In this document: one piece after another, positions 39,781 to 50,517 of the stretch
Layout of the letters: each line of letters opens with the position of its first letter
Position numbering within the stretch: position 1 is the first letter of the stretch
Assembly: GCA_012295275.1 (NCBI GenBank)
Contig: CM022673.1
Coordinates: forward strand, 10,974,001-11,038,000
Direction: 5' to 3'
Source: Chrysomallon squamiferum
Lineage: Eukaryota; Animalia; Mollusca
DNA length: 64,000 bases
Translations under genes and position numbers: made by a program
Notes under the pieces: generated by a model
Told to the model about the DNA's origin: nothing
What the model saw: only the letters and a program-made list of their open reading frames with translations
Database searches by the model: none

Positions 39781-41782
39781 GATTCTTTGCTGCTAATTAA
39801 GGAAGAACAGTAGTGGGTCAACTTTTTCTCATTGCCAGAGCAGTTCTTAACATGTAGTAAAATACTATTTTAACAATAATTTTAAAATGTTTTGAGACGC
39901 ACACAAAAATAATAATAATAAAATAAATAAATAACAATAATAATTTTGTTTTTAATATACCAACAACATTCTATGGATTCTAATATACCAGTGGCTTAAA
40001 AGTGAAAAACAGATTACTGACATAAACTAATCCTAAAACTATTAAACACTGCGAGAGTACTGTAGCTATTCATCTTATTATCTTTTTTATGTGTGAATAA
40101 TAGCAATCTGGTCATGATGTTTAAAACTGTTTTTACATTGCATATAGTTGTTGTTTACTTAAATAAACAAAATATTTAGGAAAATTACTGTTTTTAATTA
40201 ACAATGTTTAGATAAACAACTTTAAAATGTTTTATGTAAATTAAAACAATGTTTGGATAAACAACTTTTAAAATGTATTGTGTGTTTTGAGATTTGGTTT
40301 ATTTCTGAAATAAACATTTTAAAAAATATTAATAAATTAATTTCACAATTTTAAAAAACAAAAAAAGAAAAACAACTATAAAATGGCTAAAGTGGCTCAG
40401 TCTTTTAAGTTAATTGCTTCTGTGAATTTCTTATTACATTTTTAAATATCAATAATTTAAAACTAAGAATGTGAAATAATAAATAATTATAAACTTATTT
40501 TTAAAAATCCTCTTAATTATGTTTATTTAATAATCTGAGCTGGAAATAAATAAAAAATATATAAAAACTACGAAGATTTTATTAGGATCTAAAACACAAA
40601 AATTTTACTATTATACTTACAGGAAAAATATATATGCATTTGTATTCTTTAATATACATATATATAAAAATACAACATAATATTTTACTCCATTTTGATA
40701 ATATTTTATTTAAAATAATATTATATAAAATACATTAAAAAAAAAGTAAAATAAGAATCTAAAGATTAAAACTTCGCTTCAAAGTTATTAATGAACATTT
40801 TGTTTTAGAAAATACAGTAATCAATCCTATGAGATAAAATGAAAAACAACTTCATCAACTGAAAGGAAATAATCATAAATGTCACCGTTCTTGGAAATAA
40901 AAAAAAGAGAAAAAAAAGGAAAAAAGAAGCAGCCTTGATGTTGAAAAACACAATCTGGGCTGTGTCAGGCTGTCAGAAGATATGTAGCTGCCACATTAAG
41001 TAGCAATTCTGACAGGTATGTGGATACCTTTGTGTTAAAAAAAACTGTTTTCTGTTCTTTTACAATACTGTACAACCTTTGCCCACCATGGCCCCTATGC
41101 ATTCACTGACAGTATACATACTATTTCTAATTATATAAAAAAATATATATATAATAATTTAAAAAAGAAGAAAAAAAACACTACTTGTTTTTAGTTTTAT
41201 TATTATTTTTAATGCTTGATAACAGAAACAAGAAATTTCATATCTATTCTATGTGGATTTTAACAGGTTTTTTTAAAAAAACCATAAACTAAAATGAAAA
41301 AAATGTTAGTAAAAAAAAAATGGTGACAGCTGTTAAAAGACACATGTGAAACTAATAAATGTCACAAAATGAATTTAATGCTTCTCTACTAATTATAGAT
41401 TCTGTTATACACTTTATAAAAAAAAAAAAAAAATTTATGAAAATTAAAAATAATTTAAATTTGAAAGCTCAAAAAAAATGTATTCTCATCTGAGACAGTT
41501 TAGTTTTTGTTTGCTGTTTTGGTGGGGGGTTTTTTTATGCTGTTTTTTTTAAATATCCTTCTTTGTCTAAAAATTAACAAACACAGAAAATTTTTTGAAA
41601 AGCCTGTAACAATATGACTAATTAATAAATAAATAACAAAGAAAATGTATTCCAAAAAATAAATAAATAAATAAATAAAATAATAATAATAATTTAAAAA
41701 ATGTTAACAACTGGTTAAAATACAAAATATTCTCTGAAAGAACAATTTTACTATGCTACAAACAACCTACCTTTCCAGCCAT
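8147..41782 (-). CDS. ARHGAP21: Rho GTPase-activating protein 21/23-like (PDZ-PH-RhoGAP), whole multi-exon span; 5' end tentative
   Basis: Hand-spliced exons with consistent phases give a PDZ domain ([14 protein letters not shown]...[31 protein letters not shown]), a PH domain (REGWLTCK...[12 protein letters not shown]...[18 protein letters not shown]), a RhoGAP domain ([34 protein letters not shown]) and a C-terminal RRRHTVGG. This is the architecture of the ARHGAP21/23, PAC-1, RhoGAP19D family. An invertebrate gene would be co-orthologous to both vertebrate paralogues. Confidence 0.95.
10580..10688 (-). CDS. ARHGAP21: ARHGAP21/23 exon, end of RhoGAP ([11 protein letters not shown]...)
   Basis: ttttcag acceptor, gttagt donor, 109 nt, phase 0 to 1. 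Confidence 0.9.
11002..11127 (-). CDS. ARHGAP21: ARHGAP21/23 RhoGAP exon ([16 protein letters not shown]...IVESIILH)
   Basis: ttttcag acceptor, gtgagt donor, 126 nt. Carries the canonical RhoGAP NLAIxFGPTL motif. Confidence 0.95.
11361..11641 (-). mobile_element. Decayed tRNA-derived SINE (gastropod MetaSINE-like)
   Basis: Minus-strand head ATGTAGCTCAGTTGTAGAGC (tRNA A-box-like), degenerate B-box, central ATATAAAATATTCTTTGCTGCTAATCAGACAGAGTAGCCC core and A-rich tail. Family assignment is from memory, not a search. Confidence 0.7.
11901..12064 (-). CDS. ARHGAP21: ARHGAP21/23 RhoGAP exon ([13 protein letters not shown]...[16 protein letters not shown]...INK)
   Basis: ttttgcag acceptor, gtaaac donor, 164 nt, phase 1 to 0. 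Confidence 0.95.
12561..12669 (-). CDS. ARHGAP21: ARHGAP21/23 RhoGAP exon ([36 protein letters not shown])
   Basis: catcag acceptor, gtaagt donor, 109 nt. Conserved RhoGAP core. Confidence 0.95.
13148..13273 (-). CDS. ARHGAP21: ARHGAP21/23 RhoGAP exon with arginine finger ([29 protein letters not shown]...)
   Basis: ttacag acceptor, gtaagc donor, 126 nt. The catalytic Arg is intact in GVYRVPG. Confidence 0.95.
13606..13775 (-). CDS. ARHGAP21: ARHGAP21/23 exon ([15 protein letters not shown]...[16 protein letters not shown])
   Basis: ttgtctag acceptor, gtgggt donor, 170 nt. FGVxL marks the start of the RhoGAP domain. Confidence 0.93.
14334..14514 (-). CDS. ARHGAP21: ARHGAP21/23 exon, post-PH helix and basic linker ([13 protein letters not shown]...SEK)
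   Basis: ttcctgcag acceptor, gttaat donor, 181 nt, phase 0 to 1. Confidence 0.9.
15268..15468 (-). CDS. ARHGAP21: ARHGAP21/23 PH-domain exon ([26 protein letters not shown]...LAWIRAIKQ)
   Basis: ctctcag acceptor, gtaaga donor, 201 nt. Contains the PH C-terminal helix Trp. Confidence 0.95.
15911..16000 (-). CDS. ARHGAP21: ARHGAP21/23 PH-domain exon ([30 protein letters not shown])
   Basis: ttgcag acceptor, gtaaga donor, 90 nt. Confidence 0.93.
16378..16491 (-). CDS. ARHGAP21: ARHGAP21/23 exon, start of PH (TPSIMEATE...[17 protein letters not shown])
   Basis: ttgttgcag acceptor, gtaggt donor, 114 nt. Confidence 0.93.
16503..16670. repeat. About 29-bp intronic minisatellite, about 6 copies
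   Basis: Unit AATATACTTCATG(A/G)CTGTACATAGTAATA. Confidence 0.9.
16963..17017 (-). CDS. ARHGAP21: ARHGAP21/23 small exon ([18 protein letters not shown])
   Basis: tttgttttag acceptor, gtaaga donor, 55 nt, phase 2 to 0. Confidence 0.88.
17495..17626 (-). CDS. ARHGAP21: ARHGAP21/23 exon ([23 protein letters not shown].../[12 protein letters not shown]) with apparent 1-nt deletion
   Basis: ttacag acceptor, gtatga donor. It is 132 nt but the flanking phases (1 in, 2 out) need 133 nt. The entry frame hits TAG while the alternative frame is open to the donor. Confidence 0.8.
18300..18389 (-). CDS. ARHGAP21: ARHGAP21/23 linker exon ([12 protein letters not shown]...VILRSKSV)
   Basis: tttgcag acceptor, gtatgt donor, 90 nt, phase 1 to 1, open frame. 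Confidence 0.85.
18911..19060 (-). CDS. ARHGAP21: ARHGAP21/23 linker exon ([10 protein letters not shown]...YNSAPS)
   Basis: acaacag acceptor, gtaaca donor, 150 nt, phase 1 to 1, open frame. Confidence 0.85.
19512..21573 (-). CDS. ARHGAP21: ARHGAP21/23 large linker exon (AYHSQAEE...Gln/Pro repeat...[15 protein letters not shown])
   Basis: tttcactccag acceptor, gtgagt donor, 2062 nt. In frame with the 652-aa ORF in the track. Confidence 0.92.
21929..21983 (-). CDS. ARHGAP21: ARHGAP21/23 PDZ end exon ([18 protein letters not shown])
   Basis: cttttcag acceptor, gtgagt donor, 55 nt, phase 2 to 0. Carries the family-typical P.DEDILQ motif. Confidence 0.93.
22100..22570. repeat. Degenerate 25-bp intronic minisatellite
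   Basis: Unit CTAGTAAACCTG(T/A)GGATTATCCAAA, with GTAAACCT at 22376, 22401, 22426 and 22451, decaying outward. Confidence 0.85.
22592..22772 (-). CDS. ARHGAP21: ARHGAP21/23 PDZ core exon ([51 protein letters not shown])
   Basis: tcttctag acceptor, gttggt donor, 181 nt, phase 1 to 2. Confidence 0.95.
23940..23970 (-). CDS. ARHGAP21: ARHGAP21/23 31-nt micro-exon in the PDZ insert loop ([10 protein letters not shown])
   Basis: ttttcag acceptor, gtaagt donor. Supplies the phase 0 to 1 change needed between the neighbouring PDZ exons. Confidence 0.82.
27163..27350 (+). repeat. 188-bp dispersed direct repeat, copy 1
   Basis: Gap-free, highly similar to 30299-30486. Confidence 0.92.
27729..27866 (-). 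CDS. ARHGAP21: ARHGAP21/23 PDZ first exon ([38 protein letters not shown]...)
   Basis: ttctttccag acceptor, gtacgt donor, 138 nt. Carries the family signature [14 protein letters not shown]. Confidence 0.95.
29320..29720. repeat. Degenerate AT-rich tandem repeat
   Basis: Recurring ATATACTGCAGTTTGAATTACCAATATCATTAAATATTTTAA-like units. Confidence 0.75.
30299..30486 (+). repeat. 188-bp dispersed direct repeat, copy 2
   Basis: Gap-free, highly similar to 27163-27350. Confidence 0.92.
34400..34880. repeat. Degenerate 55-bp minisatellite
   Basis: AAAACTCAC recurs every 55 nt from 34651 to 34871, with older shorter units to the left. Confidence 0.85.
35440..35640 (-). mobile_element. Highly decayed SINE remnant
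   Basis: Blocks gcacatgccacaacttttaatacaccagt and aggattgctcctg are collinear with the 11.4-kb copy. Confidence 0.4.
37025..37375. repeat. Degenerate short tandem repeat
   Basis: Recurring TTTACATATTAGACATTATT-like units. Confidence 0.7.
38836..38908. repeat. (CA)n microsatellite
   Basis: Direct inspection. Other CA/TG tracts lie near 25591, 36305, 47013, 56600, 56979 and 60018. Confidence 0.95.
39560..39875 (+). mobile_element. Decayed copy of the same SINE with an internal (TA)n expansion
   Basis: Head TGGCTCAGTGATAAGGGC and core AGATTCTTTGCTGCTAAT, similar to the reverse complement of 11361-11641. Confidence 0.55.
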
Positions 41783-41863
41783 GTTTGGAAGAGCTCACAA
41801 ACTGAAGTAATACATCCTCCATTGGGCCAACAGAATGGCAATGTGTACACTGCAAAGTCATCT
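41771..41863 (-). CDS. ARHGAP21: Probable ARHGAP21/23 start-codon exon (5'UTR plus ATG GCT GGA AAG, MAGK; coding part 41771-41782)
   Basis: tttatttgcag acceptor and AAG|gtaggt donor. Start context is AAACATGG with an upstream in-frame stop. Phase 0 matches the PDZ exon, which has no ATG of its own. Confidence 0.6.
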
Positions 41864-44800
41864 CTGCAAATAAACAACAGTGTTTTTACTTTACTTTTAT
41901 TACTGTAAGTAATAGTACTAGTGAAAGCAGTTGTCTAATAGTATTAGTATTTGTTTTAGTAATAGAAGTAACACTACTAGTAGTGGTTATTGTAGTAGTA
42001 GCAGTTGTAGCACCAACAGTAGAATAATTGTGATAATGGTAATGGTAATAGTAGCAAATAGCTGTATACTTCTTCATTTTTAAAACTAGCATATATTAAA
42101 TGAGCTAAATGTTTAGCTGTCACAAAAGGGTGGAGATTCCTGCAGTGACATTAAACTTCATAATCACTCACTCAGCAGCAGTGATGACAATGTTAAAAGT
42201 AATGGTACTAGGTAGTGATAAATGTGGGTACATATAGTGACAGTGATAGTGATGGTTATGGTGTACATAGCAGTGATAATGGTTATGCTAACAGCAGTAT
42301 CTGAATGGCTGATCTGATGATTTTAATGGCAGATGTATTTTTAAAAGCTAAATTTTCAGTTGCTTTTGTAATAGTTTAATTCTATTGTTGTTATTTAATT
42401 ACTTTGTCATTCTTTATTATTAAGCTAAGTTTAGTTGTTAAGAAATATACCATTTAATATTATATCTAATATACAATTTAGATTCTTTGTAATAATATAG
42501 TAGTTGTAATAATGATATCAGTGATAGTGGTAGCAGTATTGTAATAGCAGTGATAGTAGTAGTAGTAGGAACACTATCTATTCTGTAATGTATATTGTAC
42601 TGGTTAATACATATTTAGAACATATGTGATTTGCATAAAACAAAATTATTATCTATGAAACACAACACATACTGTGTCAGGTGTGTGTCACCAAGGCATC
42701 AGCTTGCTTGATTAATTACATTTAAAATCATGTTTGGCCGGATAGCACCTAGCAATTATTTTTTTTTACTGTCTTTTCTAAAATCTGTGTTATCATGCTG
42801 TTTTAAGTTTTAATATGTTAATAAAATATGCGAGCATACATACAAGAAAAAAAGGGAAAGACAGGCCATAACACAGAAAAACAAACAAACAAACAAACAA
42901 ACAAACAAAACAAGCAAGAAAAAATATGAGGAAAACAAAGAAAAGGAGATAGAGAGAGGGACAGAAAGAAAAATAAAAACAGAGAGGTAAAAAAAAGAAT
43001 TAAGATAAACATAAAAGAAGAGAAAAATGAACAGTGAAAAATAATCAAACATATCAACTATAAACATATACAATAGCCTTTTCATATCTAAATTACATTG
43101 GTTCTGTTATAAAATTTTATTAAAATAATCAAGATAAAAAGAAATAAGTAAAGAAGGAAATAAAAAATAACTAAAAATAAGTATAAAAAAGAGAAAATCA
43201 ACCATAAAACCAATGGAAAAACTGAGAATATCTGTGAAGAAAAAACTACTATCTTACCACCTATATAATGTACTAATGCACATAATGTTCACTGTTTAGA
43301 CAGCTGACATAATAAACATAAATATCCTGTTATTACGAAATATAACTATTAACATAACAAAATGACTCATTAACATTACTGCAGTGTTTTGCATAAATGT
43401 ACACTTATCACAGGAACACTGTACAACATCCGTAAAACAGTTAACAGGGAAACAATTGTTTTTAACAAACTGTTAAGGAAATGTAAATAACAAAATAAAA
43501 ATTTAAAAATTAAGTCATAAAAACATTTTAATATTAACAAAATCACATTAAGAATTTTTTTTTTTTTTTTTTTATATTCTGTTCTTTTATTATTATTACA
43601 GAAATTACTTTTATGAAAGATGAAACAAACCACTTTCTTAGCATTTTATTATTTATTTATTTATTTATTCATTTCATTTCATTTCATTTCATTCTTTTTC
43701 CCCAATAAATTACAATAATGAAATTTGAGTTTACTGCTTTTACTTTTTTAATCTTGACAATATCAAATAGTTTTTTTTTTATTTTTTTTACCTTTTAGAC
43801 CTCTGAAGATATTATGTGGTTTTAATTGTTATATTATATTCATATATATTTATATTATGAAAAACAAAACAAAAATATCAGCTAAAAAGACAAATAAATA
43901 TCTACAAAATAATAATAATCATCTTAAATATAAACATGATATTAATTCCTAATACATTTATGAGCAACTACTTCAGTATTACTGATTAATTTATATTAAT
44001 CTTTAATCTAAAAATAAAGCTTCATATTATCATTAAAAGAAAACAACAACAAAAACTTTTTACATTGCTACCTTTATCAGTGAAGAATTTGGCCAAAACT
44101 GTCAGCCTTTCCAGTAACAGCATTAACAGATTCATAAGCAACAGTTTTAATTTGTGGTTACGCAATACTCTCTGTTATTAAAGAAGAGAATCCACGAATG
44201 GATTTATCACTTATATAATCAAAGCAAGGCGATACACAGAGAATGACGTAGCCAGTTCAATTAGCGTGCAATCGTAAAAGCAATGACGAAGGAATCTTTT
44301 CGAAACGATATATTAACCAGTTCGTTTGTGTCATCATTAGGAAATACTCAATTAAGATGGAATTTCCTTTACTACAGTGCAGGAAACATAATAAGGAAAA
44401 TGCTTACTTATCCTTGTGTTCAAAATACTCCACATTTTGCTGTAACCACTACAACTGCAACAAAATGTGACAGGTCTCCATGTTCAATGTGTAACAGATT
44501 GTAACACTGTCTCATTTTACTTTAATCCTACAGCTATTACAGCTGCAACAAAAATGTAACCGATATTAAAACTTTCAAGTTGTAAAAGTATCTCATATTT
44601 ACTCTAACCCTGATGTATGAAAATAAGGTATCACTGAGTACTTGGTGATTGCATGAGGATATATTCCCACTCCAGCACTGTCAGACTGTATTATTTACTG
44701 CCCTGTCTTAGTATCTACAGAAAAGTGCACATTAATATCTATAATAAATATGCCATAATATTATGACAGGTTTCTTCTCTCATCAATGTTACAGACCCAG

Positions 44801-46076
44801 AGTACCAGACACATACAAAGCATAAATTTGTTTAAAAAGCTTAAACAATAATAATAATAATAATAATTATTATTATTATTATTATAAATTCATATCCCCA
44901 TTCGTAAAACAATGTATATATTATCAATATTTAGTTCATGTTACATTATTAATAAAATTTATTCATAAAAGAAAATTAGTTACTATATTGTGACATATAT
45001 TTTAATACCTGTTCTGCAATGATAGAATACCTCAAATAAATTACGAAAGAAAAAATCTATTTTAAAAGGTGGAATCTAAAAATAGCTCAATTCTTCTTCT
45101 TTTTTTTTGATAAAATTCTTGAGAGTGTGTGTATAAAATAATAATAATAATAATAATAATTAAAAAAATAAAAATTGCTACATAATATGAAATAAATACA
45201 TGGATATTATGGTTATCAAATTAAAATTGTATATTGAATGTATTAAGCTTCTTGCTCTAAGGTACTGATTTTAATCTAAACTTCCATATATTGACATAAC
45301 TGTAAACTGAATACAGTATTGTATCTGTCCAATGATTACCACTGTATTAATAATAATATCATAAGTATTAACTATTTTGATAGCAGTGGCAGCAATATCT
45401 CTCATTGATTAATATTGGTTTATAAGTGATTCTGTCAAACATGTATATTATCATGATATTATGTTGGATGAAAAATAGTTTAGTATGCAGAAAATCAAAC
45501 AGCTTCAATGTTACAATCAAATGATTTAAAAAGTTAATAAATGTGACGTATCTAATTAAGTAATTTACATAAAATTCATAAAGGACAGAATAAATTCAAT
45601 AATTTGATCGATATTTTAAATTTCCATTGCTTGGTTATATATTCACATAATCATAAACTTTAATTTCCATAATACAAAAATATTTTCGAGTTTATAAACT
45701 TTAATCTAACAATTCAAAATCATATTTTAATAAGAATGTAAATTCAAAATTTAAATGATTGATGTCATTATCTAACGAAGTTTGTAACTTACAATGAAAA
45801 GAAAAAAATTAACTATAAATTTCCCTTATTACAGTTACAAATGAAATATAGTTTAGTCATCAGAGCGCATTATTATTTAATAGTATAGCTTTTTCATCTT
45901 TTCATCTTTTTTTTTTTTCCCCAAATACTGAAATAGGCCAACATTTTAGTCGGTGCGCTAAATTTGTAAAAATTGAAAGAGTCATTTTGCTTAAATGGAG
46001 CAATCGTTTAAATTCTTTAAAATAAATTTGCAATCATATATAGTCTGCAAATATATAAATAAAAACTAATACTTAC

Positions 46077-46240
46077 AACTACATTACGAAGTTAACAAAA
46101 ACACCTTTCAATCACTGGTGATACTATGTTTACTCTCAGCTAAAGAAGTTATCCACCGCCATTTAATCGCTGACGGAACTTCCTGTATTTAGCGACATCG
46201 CGTCTTTAGTGCTTCTGTAAACATCTCTACGATTGGTTAG
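46077..46240 (-). promoter_or_regulatory. Candidate TATA-less promoter and non-coding first exon of ARHGAP21/23
   Basis: CpG-enriched patch with CCAAT (46232-46236), ETS-like CAGGAAGT/TTCCG (46174-46186), YY1-like AAATGGCGG (46156-46164) and a downstream gtaagt donor at 46076. Confidence 0.55.
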
Positions 46241-47010
46241 TTTTCATAAAACCATGTAAAAAATGTCAAAATGTTTTGTCGACTCCCAGTTAATTATATG
46301 CACTGTCAAACTAATTCAGTATTACTCGAAAAATTACACAATCGTTTTTAACCAAATTTTTTATTTTTAAAATTATTTTTTTCTTTTTATGCTTTAAATA
46401 TTCTCTTTTCTTCAAAATAAAAGGCAATTGCTGCATCCAATCAAAACTCTCCTTTTTCGATTCAGATGATTGATCAAGGGCGACAAGCATTATTTATATT
46501 GAACATGTAATCTGTAAGTTAATTCTAATGCTGATTTACGTTATATCAATAAATCATCATCAATATTCATGTTTTTACCATACAGACCGAAGAGAGATTT
46601 ATAACGCAAAATAATATCCAGTTAATATAGTCACTGAATTTCTTAGATGAAAAAATTATTAGCAATAACAAATGCAATTTTTTAAAATTAATTTTTGTAA
46701 TATATATACATGAATATAATTTATCATAAAAAATAAAATATATTAAAACATTATTTTAATATCTTTCATATAAATGATGTTTATTTTCATCTTTAACTTT
46801 ACTCATTTAAAAACAAATTTAATATTGAATATAAAAAAAAATATAACATGTTGTTATATAAAAGTTTCGAAAAGGTTTAGATGATCATTATTATAGATTA
46901 TTTTAGATGAGTAAATGAACATGGTTACAGTGGAAACATTGTATATTAATAATAGTTATTTATAATTTAATGTTCTGATTATTTCAAAACGATAATAAAA
47001 TTACATTATT

Positions 47011-47056
<46 letters not shown>

Positions 47057-47859
47057 CGTCAGACAGAATACAACAAATTAAAAATATTGGTTTGGAAATA
47101 TGAAATACGCTGTTACCATTTCTATTAATACTAGTGCTGATGCTACAACAACAACAACAACTACTACTACTACTACTACTACTACGAATAATAATAATAA
47201 AGTGCATTAGTATAAGAAAAAGTGAAGAAAAAATTAATTAATAATAATAATAATAATAATAAAATAATTAATAAAAATAATTAAAATGTGGTGGTAGTAG
47301 TAGCAGCAGCAGTAGTAGTAGTAGAAGTATTTATATTTTTATTATTGTTATTATAATGTGTTTTTTTTCTGATTAATCATCTGCTGCTACTTCTTATATT
47401 GATTTTAACTTACCGAATGTGGCCATACTTGAATATTATAATTGATGTGATTAATTTATTTATTATTAATCTATTTATAATATGTTAATTATTTCATAAC
47501 TGACTACAGTTAATAATTATTATAATTAGTTATTTACGTATTTTTGAAATTATCATGGGAGATAACTCTTGCACGAAAAGTAAAAAACTAAGTAAGAAAA
47601 GTAGTCCTGCCGTTCGATTATGATACAATACTTTAATACATAAATACTAAATAGTTTCATAGCCAGATACGTCTATGTAATAATATAACTGAACGCACAT
47701 TGTTTTCATGACGAAAATATTTTAAAATTATTTTTACTATACAGCTTGCTATACTGAATTGTTTGTATTTTTTATAAAGACAGTAACGAAAAAAAACTAA
47801 AAAAACCCTTAATATTTATGTAATTATCAAAACGATCATATCTATTTCAACAGCACTCA

Positions 47860-47896
<37 letters not shown>

Positions 47897-48812
47897 CGAA
47901 TAAAAATAAAACAAAATAATTCGCAAATATTTTTCTCGTTAAACTGAAATTAATTTTACTAATTTTATCTTAAACCTTACATTCACCCAAATGATTGCGT
48001 TGTTTTCTTAAATTATGAGTCACCTCTGTACAAGTTTCTGTATATATGTATGTATATAATGTGTTTGTATGTTTGTATATCATGTCTTTGTGCGTATGTT
48101 TGTATATGTGTGTATATGTATGTATATATGTTTGTGTACATATGTATGTGTGTGTGTGTGTGTGTATATGTATGTATTATGTTTAAATAAATGTCTCAAA
48201 TTACACTTTATCTAGTTATTTTCATTAAATTTTTATTTAATTTTTTTTTTCGACTTGCTATTTTATTGACATAACTTTATGACAAGGTAATTAATTACTA
48301 GCAAGTATACTAAAAACATTGAAGAAAAACATTGCTCGAAAGCAAATATGAATATAAATGATGTTTATTTCATAAAATTAATCTTGAAATAATTGCATAA
48401 AATTACATACAGATCAAAACGGCAAAGAAAGATAGTTAAATAAAAATATAAAATGTTTTGGTATTTTTAACTGCTATTTTTGCAAAATAATAATAATAAT
48501 AATAATTAGTAGTAGTATATATAGTAAATAAATAAACAATAAAATTACAATGGACATGATTTGGAAATAAAATCAAAAGCTTTTGACTGCGCATGAGTGG
48601 ATTTTAGTGATTTTTAACGTGACAAAATTGTTGAAGCACATGAAAAGATATCTAAATGAAAATGTTTTCAAAAATGAATGACTACATTACTGACTAGATT
48701 ATTACAAAACTTTTAGTAATTTTACGAAAATGGAATACAAATTCAGTTTAGTATTTATATTGAAATAATACTAATACTAGCACTAGCACACTGTTAATTA
48801 TATACATGAATA

Positions 48813-48860
<48 letters not shown>

Positions 48861-50046
48861 GAAACACTAAAAAAGTAATATTTCACTCAGTAATACACAC
48901 AAACACATGCAAACATTTTAGTTACACACATCAGAGTGGAAGATTAAATGTTTCAGTGTACAAAATGACTTAAATGTAACATACCTTTATTTTATTTTTA
49001 GCCAACAAAATAAAAATAACACAACTTATTAAGTGTGTGTGTGTTCCTTTTCTGTTAATGCACGAAACAGATTTGTGATTTATATCAGTAATTTTATTAA
49101 AATGAAATTCAAAGATAATCTTCTTATATTTACATTCAAATAATTCTACCTGTCGTTGTTACCTAGACAGAGTTGGCACTGATAACAGTATTTATTCATC
49201 AGTCATATTTTATCAGTCATAGCTGCAGTGGTTTGACGATTAATCAATGAAGAACGGAGTGCTGTGCACTTTTCCTCACTTTTACTTAAACCACTTGAAC
49301 TCATTCACGATCGAGGCTTCTTCCTGTCATAAAATTTCCTTCGCCCGCGACTAAATTTTCTTATGCTTCAGTTGATTCTTGTGTTATTCTTCCCTTTGTA
49401 TATTTAAATAATTATAATTAGGCGAAAGATTTATTCTGTGCCGAGAAACCAGAGTCTAATTATAATTAATTTTGTTACATATTTAGACTATATTATTAAG
49501 TGTTATTTTAATTAGAGCCTTATAACAATGGGTTTAGTTGTTGTTGTTTTAATTCACGCCTCTTGTTAGTTGTTGTTGTTGTTGTTTTAATTCACACCTC
49601 TTGTTTTATTCGCTGTCGAGTGTACGATTCGTTGACTTAACAATCCAAATTACAAAGAAAATGTAGCGACACGTGTTCATTCATAGTACATCGTCGGGCT
49701 TATGACGTGACACAAATGGTGCGCATTAACGTATTTTCGATATGAATATAATGTCGATGGATGTTGAACTCATTTCTCAGATAAGGGCTAGTTCTAAAAT
49801 AAATAATTCTGTTTCTAATGTATTTATTTATTTTGTTAGGCGTTTTTTTTTTTTTTTCCCAAATGGTAATTATAATACAAAAACTTTTTTATTTCTTTTA
49901 ATAATTTGGCTTAATTCTCTTGTTTTTTTTTTTTTTTTTTTCTTCTTTTATATTTACGTTGACGAAAATTTAAAAACCTGTTCATATATAGTATTCAAAG
50001 CATTTTTAAGATATGTACATCAATTAACCATAAAGCGTAATGTAAT

Positions 50047-50078
<32 letters not shown>

Positions 50079-50517
50079 GTTGTTTTTGTTCAATAGAGTT
50101 TGTGTAGTACTGATACAGTCTGACAGGTTTCACTGAATCTCAGAATAAAACAGCAAGAAGAAACGGTAACAGAGAAAACAATTTAACGGTTTCATACTGT
50201 ACGACAGGCTTTGATTTTGATCGTTTGTAGCCATAGCTATTTGTATGTTTTATATATAAATCAGTTTGTCTGACATTCAGCCCAAGACTCTCAATCCGAA
50301 TATCGAATCAAAGCTCGGGAAACGTTAAGGACCGAAATCCTTTTTTTTATAATGTCGAACTATTAATATTTTTCATAAGATAGTGAAAATAATGTCTGTT
50401 ATTTTATATTTTCCTCAAGCTCTGGAAATCAGTACGAAATATTAATAAACTGCTAAAACAGATAATACCTCCATACTTCAACATCATCAAATACTTCATT
50501 AATATTTCTAGAAGCCA

